A stretch of DNA of 64,000 nucleotides from the NCBI GenBank assembly GCA_963777955.1, contig CAVZSQ010000019.1:256001-320000 (forward strand), read 5' to 3'. The notes under the pieces were generated by a model. It was not told where the DNA came from. It saw only the letters and a program-made list of their open reading frames with translations, and did no database searches. This document shows, piece by piece, positions 50,435 through 60,756 of this stretch; position 1 is the first letter of the stretch, and each line of letters opens with the position of its first letter. The DNA comes from Calditrichia bacterium. GTDB lineage: Bacteria > Calditrichota > Calditrichia > JAJRVZ01. The position numbers and the translations under genes are program-made.

Positions 50435-50944
50435 TCAATGCAGGAACAGATAAGGCCGCCAGGAATCCTGGGGTTTTTCGATAAAGAACTGCAGGAAAAA
50501 CAAATAACTGGGTTTACCCGGTTTTTTCATCAACTGCAGATCAGCCTGTTCGGGAGTACGGTTGCCTTTACTATTGTTACAGCGTATACAGGCGCACACC
50601 AGATTCTCCCATACATGCTTACCGCCAAGATGTCTGGGAATAATATGGTCAACGGTTAACGGTGCCGTCTTTTTACCGCAATACTGACAGGTGTGATGAT
50701 CACGGCGCAGCACATTTTTTCTACTTAGCACGACAGGAGTAAACGGACGGTAGATATAAATCTGCAGGCGGACCACGCTGGGGAATGGAATCGAATATCG
50801 GACCGATTTCACTTCGCTTTCTAAGCGCTCGACAATTTCCGCTTTACCAAGATAGACCAGTACGATGGCCTTTCTGGCGTTGCAAATCGAAACCGGTTCA
50901 TAATTCTGATTTAGAACCAGCACGTTTCTGTTGAGACTATTCAT
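50435..50944 (-). CDS. HNH endonuclease family protein
   Basis: VLVLNQNYEP, RRD..CQYC, TVDHIIP..GG..WENLVCAC..CN..KG. Confidence 0.9.
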   Translation of the reverse strand: MNSLNRNVLVLNQNYEPVSICNARKAIVLVYLGKAEIVERLESEVKSVRYSIPFPSVVRLQIYIYRPFTPVVLSRKNVLRRDHHTCQYCGKKTAPLTVDHIIPRHLGGKHVWENLVCACIRCNNSKGNRTPEQADLQLMKKPGKPSYLFFLQFFIEKPQDSWRPYLFLH

Positions 50945-50949
50945 CGCTT

Positions 50950-51762
50950 TTACCTGAAACAGGTCCGGACTTCAACAAACGTATCTGCCAAATCCTGCCT
51001 GAATTCTGCGGCTCCTTCATATAAACTGTTAACACCCACCATTCCTCTGGCATGGATGATTTTTCCATCACCCAGAGCGATCCCGACATGCGAAATTTTT
51101 CCCGGCTGTTCGGCAAAAAAACAGAGATCACCGATTTCAGCCCGCTGCGGATCACTGCTTAGCGGAGTTGCCTCACGGTACTGCATCCAGGCATCACGGG
51201 GTAATTTTATATTCAGCAAGGCAAAAACCGTTTGCACAAATCCTGAACAATCAAAACCTTTTGGCGAGCGTCCGCCCCAGTGATAGGGATAGCCATAAAA
51301 CTCAAAAGCCAGTTCCCCGATCGCGGCTCGCGAGAAGGCCGGAAACGGTCCACAGTCCCGCTGCGCGGCATAACCTGTCTTTCCATCCGGCAATAATACC
51401 CGGAACCATTCCTGCTCTTCGTCCAGAATATTCAGCCGCGTGCCGATCACTGCATCCCGCACCGGTCGCGATAGAAAATCGGGCTTTTCGAATATCCGTA
51501 TAAAATGCGCCCGAACCCGCGCACAAACCTGTTTAATATTCTGTATCCCTGCGCTGGATTTTACCCACTGATAATCGCTGATCCATCCTTCATAACCATC
51601 TTCTAAAACAATCTTTGAAAAATTTCTATCGCTCTTTACTATCGTGCATTTCTCGCCCAGCAGTGCCTGCGATACTACCTCACTGCGGTACTGCGGTTGC
51701 AAATACAGATTCGCTACGCTGACATTGATCTGGCCGTACTGCATCCTGCCTTGATCATTCAT
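50950..51762 (-). CDS. SH3-containing NlpC/P60 peptidoglycan peptidase
   Basis: Two SH3b-like regions; PYHWGG, GFDCSG, LPRDA, GDL.FF, HVGI, IHA (Cys-His-His triad). Confidence 0.9.
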   Translation of the reverse strand: MNDQGRMQYGQINVSVANLYLQPQYRSEVVSQALLGEKCTIVKSDRNFSKIVLEDGYEGWISDYQWVKSSAGIQNIKQVCARVRAHFIRIFEKPDFLSRPVRDAVIGTRLNILDEEQEWFRVLLPDGKTGYAAQRDCGPFPAFSRAAIGELAFEFYGYPYHWGGRSPKGFDCSGFVQTVFALLNIKLPRDAWMQYREATPLSSDPQRAEIGDLCFFAEQPGKISHVGIALGDGKIIHARGMVGVNSLYEGAAEFRQDLADTFVEVRTCFR

Positions 51763-51779
51763 GTTATTATTAAATAAAT

Positions 51780-51808
51780 AATTTATACTTAATATTTACA
51801 GTAGTCAA
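51780..51808 (-). promoter_or_regulatory. Sigma70-type promoter of the NlpC/P60-HNH-trpS block
   Basis: Minus strand TTGACT-N17-TAAATT, ending 17 nt upstream of ATG 51762. Confidence 0.45.
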
Positions 51809-51910
51809 GGTTTTCGGTTTCGTTAAAAAATAAAATCCGATTTTGTTCTTGACTGCTAATTGTTTAATTTACGAAAACTTTATCTTAAATTACTAATATG
51901 GAGATGGCTC

Positions 51911-52339
51911 ATGCTCTTCTCCCGTGAGAGCGAATATGCGATCCAGACACTGCTGCATCTGGCCGGACAGTCTAAAGATTCTTATACCTATATCCGCAAG
52001 ATCGCGGCAGATTTGAATATTCCGTTCTTCTATCTGAGTAAAATTTTAAATAAACTGGTAAAGGCGGGGATTTTAACCTCGTTGCGCGGGATGAAAGGGG
52101 GCATCAAATTTGCCAGGAATCCCGCCGAGATCTCCATTTATGATATCATTATCACTATAGATGGTGAAGACATTTTTAGTCAATGTGTACTGGGATTACC
52201 GACCTGCAGCAGCGATCACCCCTGCGCAGTCCACACGGAATGGGGTGTCCTGCGTGAACAGATTGCCCTGCTCTTCAGGAATAAATCATTGATCGAATTC
52301 TCCAAGTTTCACCTGAAACCCATCAACTCTGAAAAATGA
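51911..52339 (+). CDS. Rrf2 family transcriptional regulator with three Cys (Fe-S candidate)
   Basis: FSRESEYAI, YLSKIL..L, SLRGMKGG, CVLGLPTCSSDHPCAVH; start ATG 51911. Confidence 0.9.
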   Translation: MLFSRESEYAIQTLLHLAGQSKDSYTYIRKIAADLNIPFFYLSKILNKLVKAGILTSLRGMKGGIKFARNPAEISIYDIIITIDGEDIFSQCVLGLPTCSSDHPCAVHTEWGVLREQIALLFRNKSLIEFSKFHLKPINSEK

Positions 52340-52352
52340 CCTGGAAAAAACT

Positions 52353-53343
52353 ATGAAGCCGATCTTTGCCATTACAGGCGGCGATCCTTACGGTATCGGC
52401 CCTGAGATCATACTGAAATCACTGGTCCGGCATCCGGAGCTGCATGAATTATGCACCCCGGTTGTTTTTGGCAGTGTCGCCACACTGCAACAAATGGCTG
52501 AATTGTTAAAAATGGAAATTACATTTAAAACGATAACGGCAATGGAGCAGGTCGCCGCAGGCCTTCGCCGCAACGATATCTGCTGTTATGATGTACAACC
52601 TTTTGCCTGCAATTCAACCTATGGCCAGATTCGTGCTGATGGCGGTCAACTGGCGTTATGACTGTATGCAAAAAGCCATTGCAGCAGCAATACATAAAAA
52701 AGTGCAGGCAATCGTTACGGCACCGCTGCATAAGGAATCATTGCACCTGGCCGGAGTGCCATACCTGGACCATACTGACATGCTGACCAAACTTACCGGC
52801 TCCAGTAATACAATGACGTTGTTCGTGACCCGTACCCTCAGGATTTTTTTCTATAGCCGGCATATCCCGCTTTCGGCAGTAGCAGCCTCGCTCAGCATTA
52901 ATAAACTGGTCGGCAGCCTGCAGGACTGCCAGCGTTACCTGAAACAGATCGGGTTCGAACAGCCGCGTTTGGCCCTGGCTGCTTTGAATCCACATGCCGG
53001 GGATCAGGGACTTTTCGGACAGGAAGAGATCGAGATCATGAGTCCCGCAGTCAGGAAAGCTTGTAACCTGGGCATTCTGGTCGAAGGACCCATTCCCGCC
53101 GACTCGGTATTCCACCTGGCCAAAGAAGGAAAATACGATGCCGTATTGAGTTTGTATCATGACCAGGGTCATATCGCTGCCAAAACATATGATTTCAGAA
53201 AAACCGTCTCGCTGACCCTGGGTTTGCCTTTCCTGCGAACTTCAGTCGATCACGGTACTGCCTTTGATATCGCCGGGCAGGGGGTTGCGGATGAAACCAG
53301 TATGGTCGAAGCAATCATGGTTGCCCATCAATACTACTGGTAG
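52353..53343 (+). CDS. pdxA: 4-hydroxythreonine-4-phosphate dehydrogenase PdxA family (extra T near 52656)
   Basis: GDPYGIGPEI, TAPLHKE, LNPHAG, GPIPAD, YHDQGHI, RTSVDHGTAFDIAG. Confidence 0.88.
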
Positions 53344-53413
53344 ATAATTCAGATAATAATTTCCTGAATATCAGTTTTCACTATTCTGTAGAATTTTGAG
53401 GAGGTGCTGTTCT

Positions 53414-54853
53414 GTGAGTGCAGTCAGGATAACCCGACGGGTCAAGATCATCTGTACTATTGGCCCCAGTTCTAATTCTTACGAAAAAATTATGGCGCTA
53501 ACCCGGGCCGGAATGGATGTAGCACGGCTCAACTTTTCACATGGCAGCCACGACGATCATCGCCGGGTCATCGAATATATCAGGCAGGTAAGTCATGATC
53601 TGCATAAACCCATCGCGATTATACAGGACCTGCAGGGACCGAAGATCCGGGTGCAGGATTTCGAAAAAGGCCAGGTGGAATTGCAGACAGGCTCTGAATT
53701 TATTCTGACCACCCGGGCCCTGCAGGGTACTGAAAAAATTGCCTCAGTCTCATTCGATACTTTTCACCAGGATGTTAAGACCGGCGATATCGTATTACTC
53801 GATGATGGATTATTAAAACTCAGGGTGATCAGGATTGACGGCAGCGACGTACATTGTACTGTTCTGTTTGGTGGAAAACTTTCCAATAAGAAAGGTTTAA
53901 ATCTGCCGGGCAGTGTATTATCCCTCAGCGCCCTGACCGATAAAGATATCGCTGACCTGAATTTCGGTCTGAAGATGGACGTTGATTATATAGCACTTTC
54001 ATTTGTGCAGAAACCACAGGATATAATCGACATCAAAAACCTGATCGCGGCCGGGAAAAAAGATATTCCGGTCATCGCAAAAATAGAAAAGCCCCAGGCT
54101 GTACAGGAAATTGACAAAATCACCGATCTGGCCGATGTAATCATGGTAGCCCGCGGTGATTTAGGAGTGGAAGTCAGCGCGGAGGAAGTTCCGCCCATCC
54201 AGAAAAAAATCATTACCTTGTGCAATCAAAAAGGTGTACCGGTCATCACTGCAACCCAGATGCTTGATTCTATGATCCACAATCCGCGTCCTACCCGGGC
54301 CGAAGCATCGGATGTTGCCAATGCTGTCCTCGATGGTACAGATGCGGTAATGCTGTCCGGTGAAACGGCTTCCGGAAGTTTTCCGCTGGAAGCGGTGGAG
54401 ACGATGCACCGTATTGTTCAGTTGATCGAGCAGGAACAGGATACCCGCTGGGACCTGCGCCGGCGTACCGGTAAGTGCGTCTATGATCCCAGTCTGGCTA
54501 TCGGTTACAGCGCCTGCCATGCGGCTGATCTCGTTCAGGCCACAGCCATTGTTTGTATGACTCAAAGCGGATCAACTGCGCGGATGATTGCCCGCTACCG
54601 TCCTGATCAACCGATCCTGGCGGTCACTCATACCAATAAAAGTTTGACCCGCATGGCCTTATACTGGGGCGTATCCGGGTTTCAGATAGATCAATTTAAA
54701 AGCAATATGGACCTGGCTATTCATGATGTTTTTGAAATTCTCAAAACCGGCGGCGCTTTAAAGGCAGGAGATACGATCGTATTCACCGCCGGCCTGCCCT
54801 TCTCAACCCGCCGGGGCACCAACATGCTGCGGATTGAAAAAATTCCGGATTAG
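53414..54853 (+). CDS. pyk: Pyruvate kinase
   Basis: KIICTIGP, ARLNFSHG, DLQGPKIR, AKIE, MVARGDLGVE, ATQML, MLSGETA; GTG start after GAGGAGG. Confidence 0.96.
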   Translation: MSAVRITRRVKIICTIGPSSNSYEKIMALTRAGMDVARLNFSHGSHDDHRRVIEYIRQVSHDLHKPIAIIQDLQGPKIRVQDFEKGQVELQTGSEFILTTRALQGTEKIASVSFDTFHQDVKTGDIVLLDDGLLKLRVIRIDGSDVHCTVLFGGKLSNKKGLNLPGSVLSLSALTDKDIADLNFGLKMDVDYIALSFVQKPQDIIDIKNLIAAGKKDIPVIAKIEKPQAVQEIDKITDLADVIMVARGDLGVEVSAEEVPPIQKKIITLCNQKGVPVITATQMLDSMIHNPRPTRAEASDVANAVLDGTDAVMLSGETASGSFPLEAVETMHRIVQLIEQEQDTRWDLRRRTGKCVYDPSLAIGYSACHAADLVQATAIVCMTQSGSTARMIARYRPDQPILAVTHTNKSLTRMALYWGVSGFQIDQFKSNMDLAIHDVFEILKTGGALKAGDTIVFTAGLPFSTRRGTNMLRIEKIPD

Positions 54854-54862
54854 CCCGGCAGA

Positions 54863-56758
54863 CTATAGTTTTTCCAGATAAAACTCAGTAGACTTTTCCA
54901 GCAGGGTCTCGATACGCTGAACCATCTGGTTGGCGTCCTGCAGATACCCTTCCAGCAACAAGGAAGATTCATACAGTTGCTCGGTGACCCGGGTCAGTTG
55001 CTCTGCCTTGGGGTCATGTTTATATATTTTTATTAAATTCCGGATCAAGGGGTGATTACGGTTAATTTCCATCAATCGTTTGGGGACCGTCTGGTCTTTA
55101 TTCATTAACTGCATTATACGCTGCATGGTTGAAGTAATCATACCATCTGCACTCACCAGGCATACCGGACTGTCCGTCAGGCGCTGGGATTCTTTTACAT
55201 CGGTAACCCGTTCACCCAGAATATCTTTCATCCGGCGCAATAAATTGTCAAAAGTTTTGATTTCCTCGGTACTGAGTTCGGCAATCTTTTTTTCGGTCAC
55301 CTGGTCGGTAAATTTTTGCACTTCCTGGAGATCGGCCTGTTCGACCGAATTCAGTTTAAAGTCTTTGAAGTTGCCTAATCCCCCCAGTACAAATTCATCG
55401 ATGGGCTCATATAAATAGAGCACCTCTATCCCCTTCTTTTTAAAAATTTCCAGATGGGGATTGGCTAAAATGCTTTGCCGGTTTGGAGCAAAAATATAAT
55501 AGATTACGCGTTGATCCGGTTTAATCCGGGAAGCATATTCGGCCAATGAGGTTAAGTCATTTTCCTGCTGACAGGCTGAAGAATTGAATCGTAACAATTC
55601 AGCAAATTTCTCATGCTGGCTGTAATCGGTATAACCCATTTTAAACTGGCGGCCGAATTCCTGCCAGTATTGACTGTATTTTTTGGGATCACTACCGGCT
55701 AACGAACCCAACTGCGTCAGGATCTGTGTCACCAGGTTATTTTTAATTTTTTGGATGACCAGGTTCTCCTGTAATGTCTCACGCGAGATATTCAGGGGCA
55801 CATCTTCCGAATCGACGACACCGCGAATGAACTGCAGATACTCGGGCAGTAAACCCTTATTTTCATGCTGGATCAGCACCCGTTTTACGTACAGATCCAG
55901 ACCATGCTCGCTCTTGCCCATACCGGCCCAATCGTAATTTTTTGCAGGGATGAACAGCAGTGCATTATACTGAACCGGGGCGTCAATAGCGATATGCAGC
56001 GTTTCCAGCGGGGGATCCGAATCGTAGCTGAGAAATTTATAAAATTCATCATAATCTTTTTGCTTCAGTTGGAATTTTGGTTCCCGCCAGATTGCCCGGA
56101 TTTTATTAACCTGTTCTTTTTCAATCGTGATGGGGAAAGCAATAAAATTTGAGTGCCTCTGGATTACCTGTTCCAGTTTATCTTTCCCGGAAAAATCTTT
56201 GGCATCTTCTTTTAAAATGATTTCGATTTTTGTACCCCGGGGAATCCTTTCGGCCAGGTTTTCAATTTCATACGTACCTGTCCCTTCAGACCGCCAGCGC
56301 ACAGCCATTGCCTCCGGCAGATAAGAACGCGTGGTGATAATCACTTCTTTGGCTACCATAAATACAGAATAGAAACCGACTCCGAATTTACCGATAATAT
56401 TAGTCGAATCCTGCTTATCCTGAGCGACCGTTTTCAAAAATTCAGCAGTTCCGGACTTGGCAATCGTACCGATATTATTGATCAGTTCCTGCTCGGTCAT
56501 GCCAATCCCGCTATCACTAATGGTTAGAATACCGGCTTCCTTGTTTGTTTCAATTTTTATATCCAGATTACTGTCCTTGTCGAAGATTTGCGTTCCCAGC
56601 AGTATCTGGTAACGCATTTTTTCCAGAGCATCTGAAGCATTGGAAATCAATTCGCGCAGGAATATCTCCCGGTTGGTGTACAGGGAATGAGCCAGGATAT
56701 CCAGCAATTGCCTGACTTCTGCCTTGAATTTATGCTGATGAGTTTGTTTATCCGTCAT
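54863..56758 (-). CDS. htpG: Molecular chaperone HtpG (Hsp90)
   Basis: SLY..EIFLRELISNASDA, IGTIAKSGT, IGKFGVGFYS, RGTKI, PLNISRE.LQ. Confidence 0.97.
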   Translation of the reverse strand: MTDKQTHQHKFKAEVRQLLDILAHSLYTNREIFLRELISNASDALEKMRYQILLGTQIFDKDSNLDIKIETNKEAGILTISDSGIGMTEQELINNIGTIAKSGTAEFLKTVAQDKQDSTNIIGKFGVGFYSVFMVAKEVIITTRSYLPEAMAVRWRSEGTGTYEIENLAERIPRGTKIEIILKEDAKDFSGKDKLEQVIQRHSNFIAFPITIEKEQVNKIRAIWREPKFQLKQKDYDEFYKFLSYDSDPPLETLHIAIDAPVQYNALLFIPAKNYDWAGMGKSEHGLDLYVKRVLIQHENKGLLPEYLQFIRGVVDSEDVPLNISRETLQENLVIQKIKNNLVTQILTQLGSLAGSDPKKYSQYWQEFGRQFKMGYTDYSQHEKFAELLRFNSSACQQENDLTSLAEYASRIKPDQRVIYYIFAPNRQSILANPHLEIFKKKGIEVLYLYEPIDEFVLGGLGNFKDFKLNSVEQADLQEVQKFTDQVTEKKIAELSTEEIKTFDNLLRRMKDILGERVTDVKESQRLTDSPVCLVSADGMITSTMQRIMQLMNKDQTVPKRLMEINRNHPLIRNLIKIYKHDPKAEQLTRVTEQLYESSLLLEGYLQDANQMVQRIETLLEKSTEFYLEKL

Positions 56759-58028
56759 CTCTAATTATTCCTCCTGAGGATTTTTTATTGATCCACAGCC
56801 ATGATCCGGCCAGGGCAAGCCAGATTGGCAGGAGCAATGAAATGATATCCCAATTATCCTGATCATATGCAGGAAAAACTTTTAACGCTAAGGCCAGTAT
56901 ACCTCCGGCAGCCAGGGCGCAGCTCAGATATAGTGTAAACTTTTGTTTCAAAGGTCTATTACGGATGATACTCATTCCTGAAAAAATTAATAAAAACGTC
57001 AGCGGATTAGCCAGATAAAGATTTTCATTATGATAAGTCACTATATGATCGGTGAAATTGGCCATGAAAAATAATGCCAGTCCGGCCAGACCGCAAACCA
57101 GACCCAGCAGGCCGTGATAAATTCCAAACAGGAATTTACTGCCTGCTGCCTGGTTCTGATATAGAAGCGCCAGGTAAAAGCCCAGCATGGCCAGAAAACC
57201 GCCCAGGGCCAGGGTTACCGGCCAGTGCTGCGGAGCAAATTCGGGTACCGGCGGCCGTTCACTCCCTTCAAAAAATAACAGATTTTCCGCAACCAATTTC
57301 CGGTAAACATTACTGGAATCGGTTAGCGTCAAATTCTGGATATTTCTTTCCAGTTCAGTCGGCAAAAACATTTCCTGCCAGCGCGTGACCGGTTTATCAA
57401 TAGAATCATTCATCAGAAACATTAACAGCAGGTCCATCCAGAAGTGCTGATGGGTATGACGGCGGGTATGCTGACGCAGAGTCATCCGGCCCGCCTGACT
57501 GCACGATTGAGCAAACTGTCCATCGACCATTTTATCAATCAGATCGCGAATCCGGGTAGAGCAATTATCATCATAATGATCATACAAATATTCCCGGTTT
57601 TCCGGAAGAATATTGTGATCCAGAAATCTGGCCAATTCCAGGCGTCGCTCAGGTGAAAAATCCAGGATTTGCATGCGGATGGTGCGATTCAGACTTTGAT
57701 AATAACTAAGCGCTCCTTCGGTATTCCAGGCGGCTACCCAGAATATCAGGCGCCCCATGGCAAAATTGCGCATGAAATTTTCCTGCTCGAAGGAAAAAAT
57801 TCCATAATTATAAAAAAGTGAACGATGAAAGCGCAGGTCTTCGACTATGAGAGCCGTATGCCCCCACCACATGGTAAGTTCATCACCAGGATCAATAGTC
57901 ACCAGTTTTATTTGCAGGTATTCGCCGCGACTGAAATTATTTTCCCAGGACGGTGCAGTTGATTGAGCGAGTGAACATCCGAAACTCAAATATAGCAGGA
58001 TGATGATCCAAACCAATCTCTTATTCAT
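56748..58028 (-). CDS. DUF4105/Lnb-like membrane protein (candidate lipoprotein N-acyltransferase)
   Basis: Signal peptide; GHTAL, YNYG.FSF, Y.YD..DNCSTRIRD, MFLP; C-terminal TM bundle. Confidence 0.75.
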   Translation of the reverse strand: MNKRLVWIIILLYLSFGCSLAQSTAPSWENNFSRGEYLQIKLVTIDPGDELTMWWGHTALIVEDLRFHRSLFYNYGIFSFEQENFMRNFAMGRLIFWVAAWNTEGALSYYQSLNRTIRMQILDFSPERRLELARFLDHNILPENREYLYDHYDDNCSTRIRDLIDKMVDGQFAQSCSQAGRMTLRQHTRRHTHQHFWMDLLLMFLMNDSIDKPVTRWQEMFLPTELERNIQNLTLTDSSNVYRKLVAENLLFFEGSERPPVPEFAPQHWPVTLALGGFLAMLGFYLALLYQNQAAGSKFLFGIYHGLLGLVCGLAGLALFFMANFTDHIVTYHNENLYLANPLTFLLIFSGMSIIRNRPLKQKFTLYLSCALAAGGILALALKVFPAYDQDNWDIISLLLPIWLALAGSWLWINKKSSGGIIRDDG

Positions 58029-58091
58029 CTAAGCAGACTTTCCTCCGGTGCTGGTCCAGGAATATACTGGCTTTGATTATTAACTATTTAT

Positions 58092-58613
58092 CTAGACGAC
58101 ATCAGAAATCAAGAAGAATAGCATGAATACCAGCACATAGACAATGAATCCCAGACCACAGACAATAACCGCCCTGACTGTTTTCTGATAATCTAAAGTT
58201 TGCCTGGTGGCCATGATCATTGTTACCAGCATCCACAGCGAAGTGCTGAGCCACACAAAAGTATCTAAAAGCGGGATGATACCCGCCAGGCGGAAAATTC
58301 CTGGTGCACTGGCAAAACCGAGAGTACGCAATAATTGCAGCGGATTGCTCTGCGTCTCCGCTGCCGGTACGATTTTAGTGCCGATCAGATAAACGAGACA
58401 GGTCCACACCATCCAGCCGCCCAGGCTCATAACAAAACCGGTGAAAATGCCGGTAATTCCGAATTTATAGATTGAGCCAAATCCACCGGCCATACTGGAA
58501 AGAATTACTACCAGTATCGCCTGAAAAGTGGCCGACAGGTCTGATTCAACTTCCGCATAAATATGGTAGTCTAATTTTAATACCCGCAGCACACGATCAA
58601 TAAAACTTGACAT
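58092..58613 (-). CDS. YIP1 family membrane protein
   Basis: YAEVE.D..AT.QA, W.VW...YLIG, LLRTLGFASAP, RQ.LDY; about 5 TM helices. Confidence 0.75.
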   Translation of the reverse strand: MSSFIDRVLRVLKLDYHIYAEVESDLSATFQAILVVILSSMAGGFGSIYKFGITGIFTGFVMSLGGWMVWTCLVYLIGTKIVPAAETQSNPLQLLRTLGFASAPGIFRLAGIIPLLDTFVWLSTSLWMLVTMIMATRQTLDYQKTVRAVIVCGLGFIVYVLVFMLFFLISDVV

Positions 58614-58705
58614 AATTCATTCTCTCGTTTTCAAATGCAGTTCTGACATTTCGGAGAGAACTTATCAATATCCTGTATTTTTTGCAATTGTTTAATCAGA
58701 TCCAA

Positions 58706-59646
58706 TCAGAGCAAATTATATATGATCTGCATCAATTGGCTGAGTTGTACCGGTTTGGAGATAACCTGCTGCACCTTATGGTCGGAGGCCTCCTGCGTGG
58801 AAATCAAATCGCCCCAACCGGTTAAAGCAATGATGGGCACCCCGCTGTTATTCTCCCTGATCCGGGCAATGAATTCCCATCCGTTCATACCGGGCAAACC
58901 CAGATCACAGATAATAAGGTCAAAAGAATCATTATCCCAGTGCCGTAGACCTTCTTCCCCCGATTCCACCGCAAAAACAACATAGCCCTGTATTCCCAGC
59001 ATATCTTTATACAGATCACGGATGGTACTTTCATCCTCGACAATAAAGATTCTCTTTCCTTGCTTAGCCATTACAGGTCCGGCCTCCTGCTTATTTTCAT
59101 AATCATCAGGATCGACCCGTAAAGAGTCCGGAAGATTTATCGTCATTGTTGTCCCCCTTTCAAGATCGCTTACTACATTTATTGTACCGTTTAATTTTGT
59201 AACCAGTCCATATACCTGACTCAAACCCAGTCCATTTCCTTCTACCCCCTTGGTAGTGAAGAAAGGATCAAAAATATGAATCAAAGTATCCTTATCTATA
59301 CCTTTGCCCCTGGATCAAACCGATTCAGCCCTCCGCCTGCTGTACCTATCCACATATTGCCAAATTCATCCTCACGGATAACCTGAATATAATTATCCGT
59401 GATGGCAGAGCTGTCATGGGGATCAGCCCGGTAGACTTTAAAAGAATATCCATCATAACAGTTCAAACCATCCTGTGTACCGAACCAAAAAAATCCTTGC
59501 CGGTCCTGGTAAATATCAAAAACAGAACTCTGCGATAAACCATCTTCAATGAATAAATGTTCAAACTTTAGACGATCTGCCGGGAAGAGAGCAACACCGG
59601 GAATTAAATGAAAAATTATCGAAAGAATTATAATTTTTTTATACAT
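58706..59646 (-). pseudogene. Beta-propeller hybrid sensor kinase with most of its middle missing
   Basis: 5' part: signal peptide plus propeller repeats (GLSQSSV, WFGTQDGLN, WIGT.GGGLNRFDP). This abuts, out of frame, GKGIDKDTLIHIFDPFFTTKG..GLGLS (HATPase end) plus REC. Confidence 0.8.
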
Positions 59647-59725
59647 AAAACTCTTAGAAAAAATATAGTCCCCTTTTGCAGCATGCGCATAATGATCTCT
59701 GATTAATTGTCCATTTTTATTCCTA

Positions 59726-59752
59726 TTATCGAACAGTAACGGCCAAATTTGA
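59726..59752 (-). promoter_or_regulatory. Possible sigma28-type promoter upstream of the sensor kinase
   Basis: Minus strand TCAA-ATTTGGCCGTTACTG(15)-TTCGATAA. Confidence 0.35.
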
Positions 59753-59822
59753 AATAAAAATTCGCATCAGCAATATTTAGATATAAGTGACCAATGGTGA
59801 GGGAACAGATCGGGTGTGAATA

Positions 59823-60587
59823 TCAAATCAAACGAATATCATTCAAAAAGGGATAGTCGCTTTGTACCTGGATGACCCGTGCCAGGGAGAGTGTACCTGT
59901 GATGATTTCTTCTTTCGCCCCGGCCTGACAGATTGCTTCGCCAAACGGTGCATAAACGCAACTGCAGCCATGATATTCACTTTTTTTATCATTGCCAATT
60001 CTATTGACGCCAATTACGTAACACTGGTTTTCGATGGAACGGGCTTTTAATAAGATCTGCCAGTGTTCGATCCTGGAATGCGGCCAATTCGCAATATCGA
60101 TAATTACATGTACCCTTTCTTTAGCATAAAACCTGAATAATTCTGGAAAGCGCAGATCATAACAGATAGCCAGCCCCAAACGAAACTTATTGATCCGGCT
60201 GATCACCGGTTGATTTCCGGCCGTATAATGCCTGTTTTCTCCTGAGAATGAAAAGGGATGTATTTTACGATATTTCGTTACGAACTGTCCCTCAGGATTT
60301 AAATGAAATAGGGTATTATAGAATGTTTGATCATCTCTTTCAATCATTCCAGCAAAAATATGTGTTTTATATTGCCGGGCCAGATTGCTAAAAAACTGTA
60401 TGCTGCTCTCATTTATATTTTCGGCGAATTTCTGAGAACGCATGGTGAAACCGGTTAAGGTCATCTCCGGAAAAACGATCATATCAACATTCTGAGTCAA
60501 CCTGCCCAGCAATTGCTGCAAATATTCAGCAGAGGCTTTTTTATCCTCAAAAATCGGTGCAAATTGCACCAGTGCAAATTTTAACAC
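59823..60587 (-). CDS. Carbon-nitrogen hydrolase (nitrilase superfamily, omega-amidase-like)
   Basis: FPEM, YRKIHPF, ICYDLRFPE (E-K-C triad), ARSIENQ. Confidence 0.9.
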   Translation of the reverse strand: MLKFALVQFAPIFEDKKASAEYLQQLLGRLTQNVDMIVFPEMTLTGFTMRSQKFAENINESSIQFFSNLARQYKTHIFAGMIERDDQTFYNTLFHLNPEGQFVTKYRKIHPFSFSGENRHYTAGNQPVISRINKFRLGLAICYDLRFPELFRFYAKERVHVIIDIANWPHSRIEHWQILLKARSIENQCYVIGVNRIGNDKKSEYHGCSCVYAPFGEAICQAGAKEEIITGTLSLARVIQVQSDYPFLNDIRLI

Positions 60588-60756
60588 GATAATCCGCCTT
60601 ATACTTTTCTGCTTAAACCAAAGATACTACAGGTATCTTTTAATATCAATTACTGCTTTTGTTATAGACGCAGTGCGCAGGTTTACACTGCACTCCAGTC
60701 TGCTTAACTAAGTTGGTATTTTTAAATTTAATCCCGGGCAAAAGAGGCAGGTGCTG

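Noticed and set aside
50435..50944. HNH nuclease as a defence system or homing element
   Set aside because: Widespread stand-alone ~170-aa HNH type in a housekeeping block; no methylase, ATPase, immunity gene or interrupted host gene.
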